The notes under the pieces were generated by a model, which ran no database searches, was not told the origin of the DNA, and saw only the letters and a program-made list of their open reading frames with translations. 32,000 bases of DNA from contig NC_009483.1 of NCBI RefSeq assembly GCF_000016745.1, forward strand, positions 540,001 to 572,000, written 5' to 3'. Shown here piece by piece: positions 14,218 to 22,643 of this stretch; within the stretch, counting starts at the first letter, position 1, and each line of letters starts with the position of its first letter. The DNA is from Geotalea uraniireducens Rf4. Lineage in GTDB: Bacteria; Desulfobacterota; Desulfuromonadia; Geobacterales; Geobacteraceae. Made by a program: the position numbers and the translations under genes.

Positions 14218-15205
14218 CCAGCAACCGCTTTTCCCCGAGCATTTCCACGAATCCCTCGATCCTGATCTTCGTTCTCGCGTCCAGACGGGATGGCTTGTCC
14301 CCTTCCAGGGTCAGGATGGGGAGGTCGAGCTTGCGGCGGATGACCATGTCCTCTATCTGTCTGAAGCAGAACGACTGGACATAGTGAATGACCCCGTCGA
14401 TGTTCCTCCTGTCGATTTCCATGCTGATGTCTGCGAGGCGATGAAAGATGTCGTAAGGGTAGGTGTAGCTGCGGTACTGCTCCACCAGGTCGAGCGTTTC
14501 GTACGGCATGGCAAACTGGCGCTGGGTTTCGTTGAAGACCACCCGGGCGCCGAGCGATTCCAGGAATGGGTAGAGCCCGGAAAAAATGGGGGGAACGCCG
14601 AGGTAGGCGATTCTTACCCGGTCGCTGAACGGTTTGCGGGCGACTGCCTGCTCCAGGAAGGCGTCGATTTCCGCCTCGAAGCGGTCGGGATCGCCGTTCA
14701 TGTCCGATGCCGAGACTTGGAAATAGTGGTTCTCTTCCCCTGATACCCTGTTCTCCTGCCAGGTGAGCCTGTCGATCTCCCTGATCTTGCGGCGGATGCG
14801 GTCCAGTCGCTCTTTTGCAGCATTCACTTCCTGCCATCCAACCCCGAAATGGCCCATCAATTTCTCGATCTCTGCCTTAAGGCTTTGCGGGTCGCGGTCA
14901 AGGGGGTAGGCAAAAGGGATGACCGTTATCCCCCCCATGGATAGGACTTCCATGAGCGCCTTGGTGTAGCTGCAATCCCCTTCGGTAACGGCGATCATCT
15001 CTCTTATGCCGCTTTCCCTCACGGCGGCGTAAATCCCCTTGATCCAGCCGCAGACGTTGCGGGGGAAACCGTCCACTTCGGCATCTTCAATGAATTGCTG
15101 GCTTTTGTCGCTGGTAATGAAGATGTTGTTCAGGTCTGCCGGGGTCTTCCCCGCCGCGATCAGAATCTCGATGGGTATGGTTGTGGTGAAGCCGATTCGG
15201 GACAA
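14204..15205 (-). CDS. 2-hydroxyacyl-CoA dehydratase / benzoyl-CoA reductase family protein (single subunit, 3 Cys)
   Basis: The ORF is 333 aa with a TTG start at 15205 (GGAG 9 nt upstream). The N-terminus SRIGFTTTIPIEILIAAGKTPADLNN is typical of this family. The only cysteines are in NVCGW, GDCSY and SFCFRQ. It is adjacent to an activase gene. Confidence 0.8.
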   Translation of the reverse strand: MSRIGFTTTIPIEILIAAGKTPADLNNIFITSDKSQQFIEDAEVDGFPRNVCGWIKGIYAAVRESGIREMIAVTEGDCSYTKALMEVLSMGGITVIPFAYPLDRDPQSLKAEIEKLMGHFGVGWQEVNAAKERLDRIRRKIREIDRLTWQENRVSGEENHYFQVSASDMNGDPDRFEAEIDAFLEQAVARKPFSDRVRIAYLGVPPIFSGLYPFLESLGARVVFNETQRQFAMPYETLDLVEQYRSYTYPYDIFHRLADISMEIDRRNIDGVIHYVQSFCFRQIEDMVIRRKLDLPILTLEGDKPSRLDARTKIRIEGFVEMLGEKRLLVDGE

Positions 15206-15211
15206 TGGGGG

Positions 15212-15553
15212 CTACTCCGATTTGATGAAGATAAAGTAGATCAGGGCGCCGCCGATCGCCAGTCCGCCGAAGGCGAAGGGGAGTGTCGAACCGAGGGTAA
15301 TCTCGCTTTCACCCTCGGCCGGCAGGGTGAAGCGGATCAGCAGCATGATGGCGATGGCGGAAAAGAGGAAGCCTAGGACGAACTTGGAGCGCTTGACTAT
15401 CGCATAAAAAGCGATGACCAGGAAAATGCCGATGATCCAGGGACTCTCCATGGCGCTTTTCATGGTGACGTTTCTCATGAAATTGACGATATTTCCGGTC
15501 TCAAACGGGGAGAGGGTCTCGACAGTCTTATTGAGCAGTTCCTGCTTTTTCAT
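15212..15553 (-). CDS. Small integral membrane protein (hypothetical), first gene of the dehydratase-family operon
   Basis: ORF 15212-15682 was trimmed to the ATG at 15553 with a GGAGAGG SD. The protein is 113 aa and has three hydrophobic segments. Its TAG stop lies 6 nt before the next gene's TTG start. Confidence 0.7.
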   Translation of the reverse strand: MKKQELLNKTVETLSPFETGNIVNFMRNVTMKSAMESPWIIGIFLVIAFYAIVKRSKFVLGFLFSAIAIMLLIRFTLPAEGESEITLGSTLPFAFGGLAIGGALIYFIFIKSE

Positions 15554-15645
15554 GACCTCTCCACTGATGTAGAAATGAGCAATACATAGCAGATTTTGCC
15601 GATAAATTAAAGTTTTATTGTCGGGGTGATGGCGGACCAAATGCC

Positions 15646-15675
15646 TTGACAAGGGTGTACGGCATAAAATAGTAT
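15646..15675 (+). promoter_or_regulatory. Candidate sigma-70 promoter for murI: TTGACA (15646-15651), 18-nt spacer, TAGTAT (15670-15675)
   Basis: Read from the sequence in the divergent intergenic region. Confidence 0.4.
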
Positions 15676-15699
15676 AAAACATTTGCAGTAAAGATCACA

Positions 15700-16566
15700 A
15701 TGCATTGTTTGCAGGGAGAAAATCAGTTGGCCTGGAAAGCTATCGGCATATTCGATTCGGGGGTTGGCGGACTCACCGTTTTGAAGGAGATCATCAAGAC
15801 GCTACCGCAGGAAGACACCATTTACCTGGGGGACACGGCGCGAGTCCCTTACGGCAGCAAGTCGCCCGAAACGGTCACCCGCTATTCCCGGCAGATTACC
15901 TCATTCCTGGTGCAGCGGGATATCAAAATGCTGGTGGTGGCATGCAATACCGCTTCTGCCGTTTCCCTTGCCGCCCTCAAAAAGGAGTTCCCCATCCCCA
16001 TCGTCGGGGTTATCGAGCCGGGCGCCCGCCGTGCGGCTTCCGTGACCAGGAGCGGCAAGGTTGGTGTGATCGGCACTGCGGGAACCATCAAAAGCAGTGC
16101 CTATGCCAAGGCAATCAAGCGCATCAACCCGGAGATCGAGGTGGTTACCCGTGCCTGCCCGCTTTTCGTGCCGCTGGCCGAAGAGGGATGGGTCGATAAC
16201 GAAGTTGCGAGGCTGACGGCGCAGGCTTACCTTCAGGGGGTGAAGGAGGAGGGGGTTGATACCCTGGTGCTCGGTTGTACCCATTACCCGATACTCAAGG
16301 GGATCATTGCCGAGGTGATGGGAGGAGGGGTGACACTGGTGGATTCCGCCGAGGAAACCGCGTTTACCGTGGCGGAAATCCTCCGCGGCAAGGCGCTGTT
16401 GCGACCGTCATCGGAGAAGGGGAATCATCATTTTTTCGTTACCGATGTGCCGGCCGGTTTTATCCGGGTCGGCAATCGATTTCTGGGTGGACGCCTCGGC
16501 GATGTTTACCAGGTGAGTCTCGATGAGGAAGGAAAGGAAGAGGAGCCGGCTGGTGAAGAAATATAG
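15700..16566 (+). CDS. murI: Glutamate racemase
   Basis: The motifs are IGIFDSGVGGLTV, VVACNTAS and LGCTHYP. The true start may be the TTG at 15727 (GGGAGA SD at 15713-15718), because the ATG at 15700 lacks an SD. Confidence 0.93.
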   Translation: MHCLQGENQLAWKAIGIFDSGVGGLTVLKEIIKTLPQEDTIYLGDTARVPYGSKSPETVTRYSRQITSFLVQRDIKMLVVACNTASAVSLAALKKEFPIPIVGVIEPGARRAASVTRSGKVGVIGTAGTIKSSAYAKAIKRINPEIEVVTRACPLFVPLAEEGWVDNEVARLTAQAYLQGVKEEGVDTLVLGCTHYPILKGIIAEVMGGGVTLVDSAEETAFTVAEILRGKALLRPSSEKGNHHFFVTDVPAGFIRVGNRFLGGRLGDVYQVSLDEEGKEEEPAGEEI

Positions 16567-17125
16567 CCGTTCCCGCAAGGGAAAGGGATTACTCTTTGTT
16601 GCGTTTATCATTTTCGCGGCTATTGTCGGCGCACTTGTGCTGAAAAAGTACGATGTAAGCAGCCTTAAGCCGCAGACCCCACCGCCGGTAGAACAAGCGG
16701 GGACGGTCCTCGTCACGCTCTTTTTTGCCGATCAGAGCGGTGACGGACTGGTGCGCGAGGGGCGTGAAATAGACGCAAGCGCAGATCTCACGGAATCGGT
16801 CGAATCTGTTGTTGATGAGTTGATAAGCGGACCGGTGGGAGACCACGCGCCGGTGTTGCCCTACAATACCCAGATACTCAAGGTGCAGGTGCAGGGCGAT
16901 CTGGCGTTCGTCGATTTCGGCAGGGAGCTGGTGGACGGGCTGCCGGCCGGCAGTTCTGCGGAAATGACGGCAGTCTATGCGGTGGTCGACACCATTGCGG
17001 TTAATTTCCCCCAGATAAAAAAGGTTCAGATTACGGTGGACGGCGAGAACGTGGCGACCCTGAAGGGGCATCTGGATCTGCGCCAACCCCTTGCCCCCGA
17101 CTTCACGCTGGAAAAAAGACCGTGA
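16523..17125 (+). CDS. GerMN-domain protein with N-terminal membrane anchor
   Basis: The ORF is 200 aa. It has a basic N-terminus and a TM segment (LLFVAFIIFAAIVGALVL). The GerMN-like core runs from VTLFFADQSGDGLVREGREI to KKVQITVDGENVATLKGHLDL. It overlaps murI by 44 nt. Confidence 0.8.
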   Translation: MRKERKRSRLVKKYSRSRKGKGLLFVAFIIFAAIVGALVLKKYDVSSLKPQTPPPVEQAGTVLVTLFFADQSGDGLVREGREIDASADLTESVESVVDELISGPVGDHAPVLPYNTQILKVQVQGDLAFVDFGRELVDGLPAGSSAEMTAVYAVVDTIAVNFPQIKKVQITVDGENVATLKGHLDLRQPLAPDFTLEKRP

Positions 17126-17180
17126 CGGCGAACTTTGCCGGGGCGTTGAGAATGATATCATCCGAAAGAGGGCCCATCCA

Positions 17181-19595
17181 ATGAAACAACCATTTTTGCA
17201 GGCAATGAAAGAGCGGGTGCTGGTGCTCGACGGGGCAATGGGGACCATGCTCCAGGAGCGCGGGCTCAAGCCGGGACAGTCACCGGAGGAGTTGAACCTC
17301 ACCATGCCGGATGTGGTGGCAGGGGTGCACCGCGAGTACATCGAAGCGGGGGCGGATATCATCGTTACCAACACCTTCGGCGGCAACCGGGCAAAGCTTG
17401 CCCATCACGGTCTGGCAGCCAAGGTCCGGGAGATAAATGCCCGGGCGGTTGAGATTGCGCGGAAGGTCGCTGGAGAACATGCTTACGTGGCGGCCTCCAT
17501 CGCCCCCACCGGCAGGTTTGTCGAACCGGTGGGAGATGCCTCTTTCGACGAGATGTGCGACATCTTCCGGGAGCAGGCCCAGGCCCTTATCGACGCAGGG
17601 GTAGACGCCATCAGTTTCGAGACGTTTCTGGACATTAAGGAAATCAGGGCGGGTATCATAGCTGTACGGGAAATTGCTCCCGCGATTCCGATTATCGCCA
17701 TGCTCACCTTCGACGACAAGGGGCGAAGCGTTCTCGGCACACCACCTGAGTCCGCCGCCATCACCCTGGAGGCGGTAGGGGCTGATATCGTCGGCTCCAA
17801 CTGCGGTCTCGGCGTGGAAGGCATCTATGAAATCCTTTCCGCCATGCGCCGTGTTACCAGGCTTCCGCTCATTTCCCAGGCAAATGCCGGCCTACCGGTT
17901 TTGAAGGACGGGAAGACGATTTTTCCCGCCACGCCTGCTGAGATGACCGCCTACCATGACCGGATGCTTGAGCTCGGCGTGCGCATCATCGGCGGCTGCT
18001 GCGGCACCACGCCGGCCCACATCCGCGCGATCAAGGCTGCTCTGGCGGAAAAGGACCAGTCAGTACGAGCCGGCGGACCTGCAGAGGGGATCACCTGGCT
18101 TTCCAGCCGCGGCGGTTTTACCGCTTTGGGGAAGGGGCGGCCGGTTGCCGTTATCGGCGAGCGGATCAATCCCACCGGGAAAAAGGGCTTTGCCGCCGAA
18201 CTGCGCGAGGGGAAGGTCTCCTATATCCGTCGAGAAGCCCTCGATCAGGTGGCTGCCGGCGCGACCCTGCTGGATGTAAATGTCGGAGCGCCCGGTATTG
18301 ACGAGCCTGCGGCCATGGAACGGGCGGTTTTCTGTGCCGGCAGCGCGGTGTCGGTGCCGCTGGTTCTCGATTCGTCCAGCCCCGAAGCTCTGGAGCGCGG
18401 TCTTAAGGCCGCGGACGGCAAGGTCCTCATAAATTCGGTGAACGGCGAGGAGAAGAGCCTTGCCCGTGTCCTGCCGCTGGCGAAAAAGTACGGTGCAGCG
18501 GTAATCGGTCTCACCCTGGACGAGAAAGGCATACCCGAAACCGCCGAGGAAAGAACCGCCGTGGCGCAGAAGATTGCCGAAAGGGCCTTGTCTCTCGGCA
18601 TAAGCCGGAAAAATGTGGTGATAGACTGCCTTACCCTGGCTGTCAGTGCCGAGCAGAAACGGGCCATGGAAACCCTCAGCGCCATACGCCTGGTCAAGGG
18701 GCGTCTCGGCTTGAACACGGTTCTGGGCGTGAGCAATATTTCTTTCGGCCTCCCCTGCCGCCCGCTCATCTCCTCGGCCTTTTTTGCAATGGCCATGGAG
18801 GCGGGGCTGGACGCGGCAATCGTAAATCCGAAGGAACAGGCCATGATGGATGTCTGGCGTTCCGTGATGGTGCTGCTGAACAGGGATCCCAATGCTGCCG
18901 CCTATATCGATGCATACAAGGGCGCGGTGGCCACACTGGCAGGGACCCAGGTTCAGGAGCCGCCGCAGGACATCAAGGGGCGTCTTGCCAAAGCCGTTAT
19001 CGACGGCGACGTTGAAAATATCGTCGCGCTGGTGGAAACTGCTTTTGCCGAGGGGCTTTCCCCCCTGGATATCAGCAATGGGGGGCTTCTGCCCGGTTTG
19101 GAGGAAGTCGGTCGCCGTTTTGAAAAGAACATCGTGTTCCTTCCCCAGGTCATGCTCTCGGCCGAAACCATGAAGACGGCCTTCGCGCGCCTGAAACAGG
19201 AGATGAAGGGGATGTCGCTGGAAAGCCAGGGGAAGATCCTGATGGCGACAGTGGAGGGGGATATTCACGATATCGGCAAGAACATCGTCTGCACCTTGCT
19301 GGAGAACCACGGATTCGAAGTGATCGATCTGGGCAAAAACGTTCCGGCAGCCCGTATCATAGCCGAGGCCAAGGCACATGACGTGGATGCGGTCGGACTC
19401 TCTGCGTTGATGACGACCACCATGTCGGAAATGGAGAACGTGGTGCGGCAGTTGAAGGCAGCGGGGGTGAAGACCTTTACCATGGTCGGCGGAGCAGTGC
19501 TGACCCAGGAGTACGCCACCGAGATCGGGGCCGATCTCTACGCAAAGGATGCCATGGAGGCGGTCGCAAGGATCAAGGCCATCCTGGGGAAGTGA
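17181..19595 (+). CDS. metH: Cobalamin-dependent methionine synthase, short form (Hcy-binding + pterin-binding + B12 cap + B12-binding; no AdoMet reactivation domain)
   Basis: ORF 17091-19595 was trimmed to the ATG at 17181 (MKQPFLQAMKERVLVLDGAMGTMLQ). GGCCGTTP is in the Hcy domain. The pterin-binding region follows, and the B12 motif is GDIHDIGKN (DxHxxG). The protein is about 804 aa, against about 1200 aa for full-length MetH. Confidence 0.9.
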   Translation: MKQPFLQAMKERVLVLDGAMGTMLQERGLKPGQSPEELNLTMPDVVAGVHREYIEAGADIIVTNTFGGNRAKLAHHGLAAKVREINARAVEIARKVAGEHAYVAASIAPTGRFVEPVGDASFDEMCDIFREQAQALIDAGVDAISFETFLDIKEIRAGIIAVREIAPAIPIIAMLTFDDKGRSVLGTPPESAAITLEAVGADIVGSNCGLGVEGIYEILSAMRRVTRLPLISQANAGLPVLKDGKTIFPATPAEMTAYHDRMLELGVRIIGGCCGTTPAHIRAIKAALAEKDQSVRAGGPAEGITWLSSRGGFTALGKGRPVAVIGERINPTGKKGFAAELREGKVSYIRREALDQVAAGATLLDVNVGAPGIDEPAAMERAVFCAGSAVSVPLVLDSSSPEALERGLKAADGKVLINSVNGEEKSLARVLPLAKKYGAAVIGLTLDEKGIPETAEERTAVAQKIAERALSLGISRKNVVIDCLTLAVSAEQKRAMETLSAIRLVKGRLGLNTVLGVSNISFGLPCRPLISSAFFAMAMEAGLDAAIVNPKEQAMMDVWRSVMVLLNRDPNAAAYIDAYKGAVATLAGTQVQEPPQDIKGRLAKAVIDGDVENIVALVETAFAEGLSPLDISNGGLLPGLEEVGRRFEKNIVFLPQVMLSAETMKTAFARLKQEMKGMSLESQGKILMATVEGDIHDIGKNIVCTLLENHGFEVIDLGKNVPAARIIAEAKAHDVDAVGLSALMTTTMSEMENVVRQLKAAGVKTFTMVGGAVLTQEYATEIGADLYAKDAMEAVARIKAILGK

Positions 19596-19719
19596 AAGCC
19601 GGCTGGAGGCAGGGATCGGTTTGACGTAAACACCGCAACAGCAATCCGTTTTACTTGTTGCAACTATTTGATTCGTGTGATAATTTGCAATCAATACGTC
19701 ATTTGGCGGATAGGAATCG

Positions 19720-20115
19720 ATGATGGTTGTGGGCTTCAATCATAACGTTGTGTATAAAGGGGAAATGTTCCATATCCAGACCGAGGATAGCGGAATTGCG
19801 AACCCACATATCATAACTCTCCTCTATCGCGGCGGCACCATAATCTCCTCAAAAAAGACCAGCTATGCCGATATAATCAAGATTGAAAATCTTGAGCAGG
19901 TGGTGGAAGATCTCATGAAGGAGCAGCATAAGGATATGCTGCGCCGTCTGAAGGCTGCCGAATTCGATGGCCGCCTTTTCGGCTCGCAGTCGCAAGCTCC
20001 CGCCGCTCCAGCCACTCCCGTCACTCCTCCACAAAATGCATCAGCAACAACCCAAAAGCCGACACAAAGTCTTGACGAAATAATTCTTGAGTACCTCATT
20101 ACCGATGACAATTGA
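19720..20115 (+). CDS. Hypothetical protein (131 aa), structured N-terminal domain plus a low-complexity P/A/T/Q-rich tail
   Basis: The ORF starts with ATGATG. I do not recognise the family (HIQTEDSG...LLYRGG segment). Coding-like periodicity is present. Confidence 0.6.
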   Translation: MMVVGFNHNVVYKGEMFHIQTEDSGIANPHIITLLYRGGTIISSKKTSYADIIKIENLEQVVEDLMKEQHKDMLRRLKAAEFDGRLFGSQSQAPAAPATPVTPPQNASATTQKPTQSLDEIILEYLITDDN

Positions 20116-20127
20116 TCAAAATCAATT
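20110..20127. promoter_or_regulatory. Perfect CRP/FNR-type box AATTGAT-CAAA-ATCAATT (core TTGAT-N4-ATCAA)
   Basis: It matches the FNR consensus TTGAT-N4-ATCAA exactly, with 7-bp perfect arms. It overlaps the TGA stop at 20113-20115 and lies about 30 nt upstream of the transketolase GTG at 20149. Confidence 0.35.
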
Positions 20128-20148
20128 ACCCTGAAAGGAAAGGTTTTA

Positions 20149-20979
20149 GTGAAAGAGCATATCGCAAATCTGGAAGAAAAAGCCAGGCAGCTTCGCATCT
20201 CTATTGTCAGGGCGCTGCATAGCTCCCAATCTGGTCACACCGGCGGTTCTCTGTCGGCTATCGACATGGTGACCGCCCTCTATTTTTACAAGATGCGCCA
20301 TAATCCTGCAGAGCCGTCATGGGAAGGCCGGGACCGCTTTGTCCTCAGCAAGGGACATGCGGCGCCTGCGCTCTATGCCGCCCTGTCCGAAGCCGGATAT
20401 TTCCCCAAGGAAGACATGATGATGTTGCGCCGCCTCGGCAGCCATCTGCAAGGTCATCCTGACAGTAAAGCTACGCCTGGTGTCGACGTCTGCACCGGCT
20501 CCCTGGGACAGGGCCTTTCCATGGCCAACGGGATGGCCCTCGGTCTCAAGTTGGATGGCAGGGATAACAGGGTATATGCCCTGCTGGGCGACGGCGAGTT
20601 GCAGGAAGGGCAGGTCTGGGAAGCGGCAATGGCGGCGGCCCATTATAAACTGGATAACCTCTGTGCCATGGTGGATGCCAATAACCTGCAAATTGACGGT
20701 GACGTTGCGAAGGTTATGAACGTCGCCCCCATAACCGACAAGTTCAGCGCTTTCGGCTGGCATGTACTCGACATAGACGGCCATGATCTTGAGGCGATCG
20801 TCAACGCCCTGGATGCGGCGGAGACGGTCAAGGGGAAACCGACGGTTATCGTTGCCAGAACGGTAAAAGGGAAGGGTGTCTCCTTCTTTGAGAACAAGGC
20901 ATCGTACCACGGCGTTCCACCCAGTGATGAGGAGTTGCCGCGGGCACTGGAGTGCCTGGGAGAGCAATGCAATCTGTAG
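20149..20979 (+). CDS. Transketolase, N-terminal (thiamine-diphosphate-binding) subunit of a split transketolase
   Basis: The ORF is 276 aa with a GTG start and an AAAGGAAAGG SD. The motifs are SGHTGGSLS, GSLGQGLS and GDGELQEG. Confidence 0.92.
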   Translation: MKEHIANLEEKARQLRISIVRALHSSQSGHTGGSLSAIDMVTALYFYKMRHNPAEPSWEGRDRFVLSKGHAAPALYAALSEAGYFPKEDMMMLRRLGSHLQGHPDSKATPGVDVCTGSLGQGLSMANGMALGLKLDGRDNRVYALLGDGELQEGQVWEAAMAAAHYKLDNLCAMVDANNLQIDGDVAKVMNVAPITDKFSAFGWHVLDIDGHDLEAIVNALDAAETVKGKPTVIVARTVKGKGVSFFENKASYHGVPPSDEELPRALECLGEQCNL

Positions 20980-21078
20980 AGGTGCATGGCATGCGCCCCT
21001 GTGCCAAGCGGATATGGCGGTATAGCAAGCAAGGGCGCACACCGTGCGCCCCTTCATAACAGAAAGGGATTTAAATAT

Positions 21079-22017
21079 ATGAGCACAATGATTGCTACCA
21101 GAGACGCCTATGGTGAAACCCTTGCGGAACTGGGCGCGGAGAATAAGAACGTTGTTGCCCTGGACGCGGACCTTTCGGGTTCGACGAAAACCGGCGTTTT
21201 TGCAAAAAAATTCCCTGAGCGGTTTTTCAATATGGGCATTGCCGAGGCAAATATGGTCGGCACTGCTGCCGGGCTCGCCGCTGTCGGGAAGATACCGTTT
21301 CTTTCCACATTCGCTATTTTTGCCGCCGGCCGGGCTTGGGAGCAGATCCGTCAGTCAGCCGCATATCCGAAGGCCAATGTCAAGATAGTAGCGACCCACG
21401 GTGGCGTAACGGTCGGCGAAGACGGTGGTTCCCACCAGTCGGTGGAAGATATAGCCATCATGCGTGCGATTCCCAACATTACGGTCATTGTTCCGGCCGA
21501 CGGCGTTGAAACCAAGGGCGCCATCAGGGCCGCCGCCGCCATGAAAGGGCCGGTCTATGTCAGGCTCGGACGCAACAAGGTGCCGACCATCTTCCCTGAA
21601 GACCACCGTTTTGAAATCGGCAAAGGGGCTGAGTTGGTTGCCGGTTCCCATATGACCTTCGTTACCACCGGCCTTATGACTGCCCAGGCAATCGCCGCCG
21701 CAGAGAGTTTGAAGAAGGATGGCATTTCTGCGCGGGTGGTCCATATCGGCACCATCAAGCCGCTTGACCAGGAAATAATCCTCAAGGCAGCCCGGGAAAC
21801 CGGCGCCATTGTCACTGCAGAAGAGCACTCCGTCATCGGCGGGCTTGGCGGCGCCGTTGCCGAGCTTCTTGGCGAAAACTGTCCGACCCCCATGAAACGG
21901 ATCGGCATCAACGACCGCTTCGGCACCTCCGGCAAGGCGGAAGAACTGCTCAAATATTTCGGCCTGACCCCGGACTGTCTGGTTGACGCAGCAAAGGAAA
22001 TCCTTTCGAGGAAATAG
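21079..22017 (+). CDS. Transketolase, C-terminal (pyrimidine-binding + C-terminal domain) subunit
   Basis: ORF 20986-22017 was trimmed to the ATG at 21079 (MSTMIATRDAYGETL). The motifs are FFNMGIAEANMVG and THGGVTVGEDGGSHQ. A hairpin GGGCGCAC-ACC-GTGCGCCC (21033-21051) lies between the two halves. Confidence 0.92.
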   Translation: MSTMIATRDAYGETLAELGAENKNVVALDADLSGSTKTGVFAKKFPERFFNMGIAEANMVGTAAGLAAVGKIPFLSTFAIFAAGRAWEQIRQSAAYPKANVKIVATHGGVTVGEDGGSHQSVEDIAIMRAIPNITVIVPADGVETKGAIRAAAAMKGPVYVRLGRNKVPTIFPEDHRFEIGKGAELVAGSHMTFVTTGLMTAQAIAAAESLKKDGISARVVHIGTIKPLDQEIILKAARETGAIVTAEEHSVIGGLGGAVAELLGENCPTPMKRIGINDRFGTSGKAEELLKYFGLTPDCLVDAAKEILSRK

Positions 22018-22596
22018 ATGGTATTCAACCCGCTCAGGTCTGCTGCCGGATTTACCTACATCGCCGCATTGGTGCTGGTGATAGTAATGGGCATTATGCT
22101 TGGCGTTGTCGGCCAGACCTGGACCCAGATCATGAAACGCGAAAGGGAGCAGGAGCTGATCTTTCGCGGCACCCAGATCGTCCAGGCGATCAGGCGGTGG
22201 AATAAACCCAAAACCCCCCAACAACAGGCGGTCATGCCGCTTTTCGAGTTGGAGCATCTGTTGAAGGACCCGCGGTCCTTTGCCAATCTTCGGCATCTGC
22301 GCCGGCTGTACAAGGACCCCCTGACCGACAAGGACTGGCGGGTGATCAAGGATCCCCATCGCGGCATTATCGGCGTTGCCAGTTCCAGTGAAGAAGAGCC
22401 TTTGCGGCAAAGCTTCCAGACTATGACCCCGCTAAGTGCATCTGACAAGTATCTGGAGCAGATGTTCAAATCGTTCGAGGGAAAGAAGAAATACAGCGAA
22501 TGGGAGTTCGTCTACCGAGGGGAAGGCGTTGCACCGGGAACCACAACCACAACGGTAACTACACCGAGAACTACAACTGGGACGCCAGGTGGATAA
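22018..22596 (+). CDS. Type II secretion / type IV pilus pseudopilin-like protein (prepilin-type N-terminus, no Glu+5, Thr-rich tail)
   Basis: The ATG directly abuts the transketolase stop (TAGATG). The N-terminus is MVFNPLRSAAG|FTYIAALVLVIVMG. GspG-like REQELIFRGTQIVQAIRRW and YKDPLTDKDW segments are present. The C-terminus is PGTTTTTVTTPRTTTGTPGG. Confidence 0.75.
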   Translation: MVFNPLRSAAGFTYIAALVLVIVMGIMLGVVGQTWTQIMKREREQELIFRGTQIVQAIRRWNKPKTPQQQAVMPLFELEHLLKDPRSFANLRHLRRLYKDPLTDKDWRVIKDPHRGIIGVASSSEEEPLRQSFQTMTPLSASDKYLEQMFKSFEGKKKYSEWEFVYRGEGVAPGTTTTTVTTPRTTTGTPGG

Positions 22597-22643
22597 TTTG
22601 TTGAGCCATTCCCAGCCGTACCGTCCAATGTACTGGAGTCAGG

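Noticed and set aside
17091-17180. 5' over-extensions of tracked ORFs (also 1103-1144, 1943-2029, 4678-4704, 10264-10284, 15554-15682 minus strand, and 20986-21078)
   Set aside because: In each case an internal ATG with a good SD gives the N-terminus expected for the family (signal peptide, TM1 or a conserved start). The extension overlaps the upstream gene or intergenic signals.
17126-17180. Cobalamin or SAM riboswitch ahead of metH
   Set aside because: Only 55 nt separate the GerMN gene stop from the metH ATG, which is too short for either aptamer. No B12-box-like sequence was seen.
18060-19739. 559-aa ORF on the minus strand
   Set aside because: It is a shadow ORF antisense to metH. It has a low-complexity Arg/Gly/His-rich translation and no motifs. 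The plus frame has unambiguous methionine synthase signatures, including DxHxxG.
21355-22410. 351-aa ORF on the minus strand; similar minus-strand ORFs at 9011-9865, 16589-17386, 20317-21057, 6382-7050 and 14214-14837
   Set aside because: All are antisense or out of frame relative to genes with strong family signatures (transketolase, deaminase, GerMN/metH, oxidoreductase, dehydratase). Their translations are low-complexity and lack start-site context.
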